Assembly: GCA_937860055.1 (NCBI GenBank)
Contig: CALMBO010000029.1
Span: 425,372 to 489,371, forward strand
Length of the DNA: 64,000 nt
Source: an uncultured Verrucomicrobiota bacterium
Lineage (GTDB): Bacteria; Verrucomicrobiota; Kiritimatiellia; CAIQIC01; Lenti-01
Reading direction: 5' to 3'
Shown: positions 63,130 through 64,000 of the stretch, in pieces
Numbering within the stretch: the first letter of the stretch is position 1
Layout: every line of letters starts with the position of its first letter
Notes under the pieces: generated by a model
What the model was told of the DNA's origin: nothing
Seen by the model: only the letters and a program-made list of their open reading frames with translations
Database searches by the model: none
Translations under genes and position numbers: made by a program

Positions 63130-64000
63130 TTATCCCGCCACGCGCGCCGCGAGGACGCGCTGCGCCATCAGACGGGTGGCGCCGGCCTTGCGGACGACCA
63201 GGTCGGAGGCGGCTCGGCCCAGGCGCTCGCGTTCCGCCGTGTCGCTCAAAAGGCGCGCCACGAGGACCCTCAGTTCGTTGACGTCCTTCGCCTGCGCCCA
63301 GGCCCGCGCCTCGATGAAATCCTGCGCAATGGCGGGGAAATTCTCCATGTGCGGACCGACGACGATGGGCTTGCCGTCCCGCGCGGGCTCGATGGGGTTC
63401 TGCCCCCCCGTTTGCGTCAGGCTCTTGCCCACGAACACCACGTCCGCCGCCGCATAGAAGCCGCGCAATTCGCCGGTGGTATCCACCAGCAGCACGTCGG
63501 GACGCCGCGCGGGCGCCGCGGCGCTGTCGGGGAACTGGCTGCGCTGGATGACGCCCAGTTCCCGCTTCCGGATTTCCTCCAGCACGTCCTCCCGCCGCTC
63601 CGCATGGCGCGGCACCAGGACGAGCAGCAGGCCCGGATAGGCTTTTTTCGCGTCGCGGTAGAGATCGAGCAGCGCTTCTTCCTCCCCCTCCCATGTCGAG
63701 CCGCCCACCAGCACCGGCTGGCCGGGCTTCACGCCGATCTTCGCCAGCACCGCCCGCGCGCGCGCCTCCGCCGTCGGCGCCGTCGGCCCGATGTCGTATT
63801 TCGCGCTGCCGGTGATTTCCACGCGGTCCGCCGGCGCGCCCAGCGCCAGCAGGCGGTCGCGGTCGGCCGGACTCTGCACGCAGAACCAGTGGATCTCCGG
63901 CAGCAGGCGCCGGGTGATGAACCGGATCTTGCGGTAGCCGCCGAACGAGTGCTCCGAGATGCGGCCGTTGATCATCACCGTCGGAATGCCCTGCTTCCGC
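63130..64000 (-). CDS. waaA: 3-deoxy-D-manno-octulosonic acid transferase WaaA/KdtA, 3' part (5' end lies right of the window)
   Basis: The C-terminal glycosyltransferase domain carries LLLVLVPRHAERREDV and VVFVGKSLTQTGGQNPIEPARDGKPIVVGPH. Confidence 0.8.
   Translation of the reverse strand, partial: RKQGIPTVMINGRISEHSFGGYRKIRFITRRLLPEIHWFCVQSPADRDRLLALGAPADRVEITGSAKYDIGPTAPTAEARARAVLAKIGVKPGQPVLVGGSTWEGEEEALLDLYRDAKKAYPGLLLVLVPRHAERREDVLEEIRKRELGVIQRSQFPDSAAAPARRPDVLLVDTTGELRGFYAAADVVFVGKSLTQTGGQNPIEPARDGKPIVVGPHMENFPAIAQDFIEARAWAQAKDVNELRVLVARLLSDTAERERLGRAASDLVVRKAGATRLMAQRVLAARVAG

Noticed and set aside
1-64000. Search for tRNA/rRNA genes, IS elements/transposases, integrases, CRISPR arrays, and toxin-antitoxin or restriction-modification genes.
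   Set aside because: No intergenic region is long enough or shows cloverleaf-like structure. No ORF has transposase/integrase/recombinase, Cas, methyltransferase or nuclease signatures. The window appears to be ordinary chromosomal DNA with accessory exoprotein genes, not a mobile element or defence island.

Overview
This is a 64-kb chromosomal window with high GC (roughly 65-68 % by eye). It is gene-dense on both strands. I found no rRNA, tRNA, CRISPR array, transposase or integrase. Features are listed separately; the content and its main points of interest are:

- **Taxonomy.** The V-type ATPase operon has the Chlamydia/PVC order E, DUF2764-like, A, B, D, I, K. Together with the LPS genes (lpxC, kpsF, waaA) and many giant exported proteins, this points to a Gram-negative bacterium, probably in the PVC superphylum (Verrucomicrobia, Lentisphaerae or Kiritimatiellae). 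That assignment is an inference.

- **Gene content, in order.**
  - thi4-thiE-thiC
  - the V-ATPase operon
  - a compositionally atypical single-gene island encoding a HEAT-repeat membrane protein
  - a class I/II aminotransferase and a PstS-like binding protein
  - a giant GEVED-repeat exoprotein
  - a five-gene phosphorelay operon: a histidine kinase with three tandem periplasmic solute-binding domains, a REC, a hybrid kinase, a REC-PP2C, and finally a small secreted protein with an AID/APOBEC-like HxE...PCxxC motif
  - a NupC transporter and a roughly 1600-aa GH13 amylase with three extra beta-sandwich modules
  - an HD hydrolase, a lipoprotein and an MFS transporter
  - mevalonate genes (class I HMG-CoA reductase and a type-1 IDI) with a FabK-like protein
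  - a TPR lipoprotein and YjbQ
  - two CNNM/CorC paralogs
  - KpsF, Rnk and a ferredoxin-NAD(P) reductase
  - two tandem paralogous exoproteins (one with a lamin-tail domain)
  - LpxC and a DegT aminotransferase
  - a monocistronic secreted Lys/Cys-rich protein with 10-residue periodicity
  - a GNAT
  - a membrane protein that fuses protein-tyrosine-phosphatase-like domains to a CTP-dependent polyprenol kinase domain
  - a HEAT / GT2 (PgaC-like) / TPR beta-barrel / GAF-HD-GYP exopolysaccharide locus
  - a redoxin and the 3' part of waaA.

- **Most notable observations.**
  - the secreted deaminase-like protein at the end of the phosphorelay operon
  - a conserved C-terminal tail shared by three large exoproteins
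  - the phosphatase-polyprenol kinase fusion
  - the K/C-rich periodic small protein
  - structured non-coding elements: tandem AT-rich palindromes, a 106-nt inverted repeat, and a 618-bp AT-rich divergent intergenic region.

Coordinates of elements located by hand may be off by 1-2 nt.
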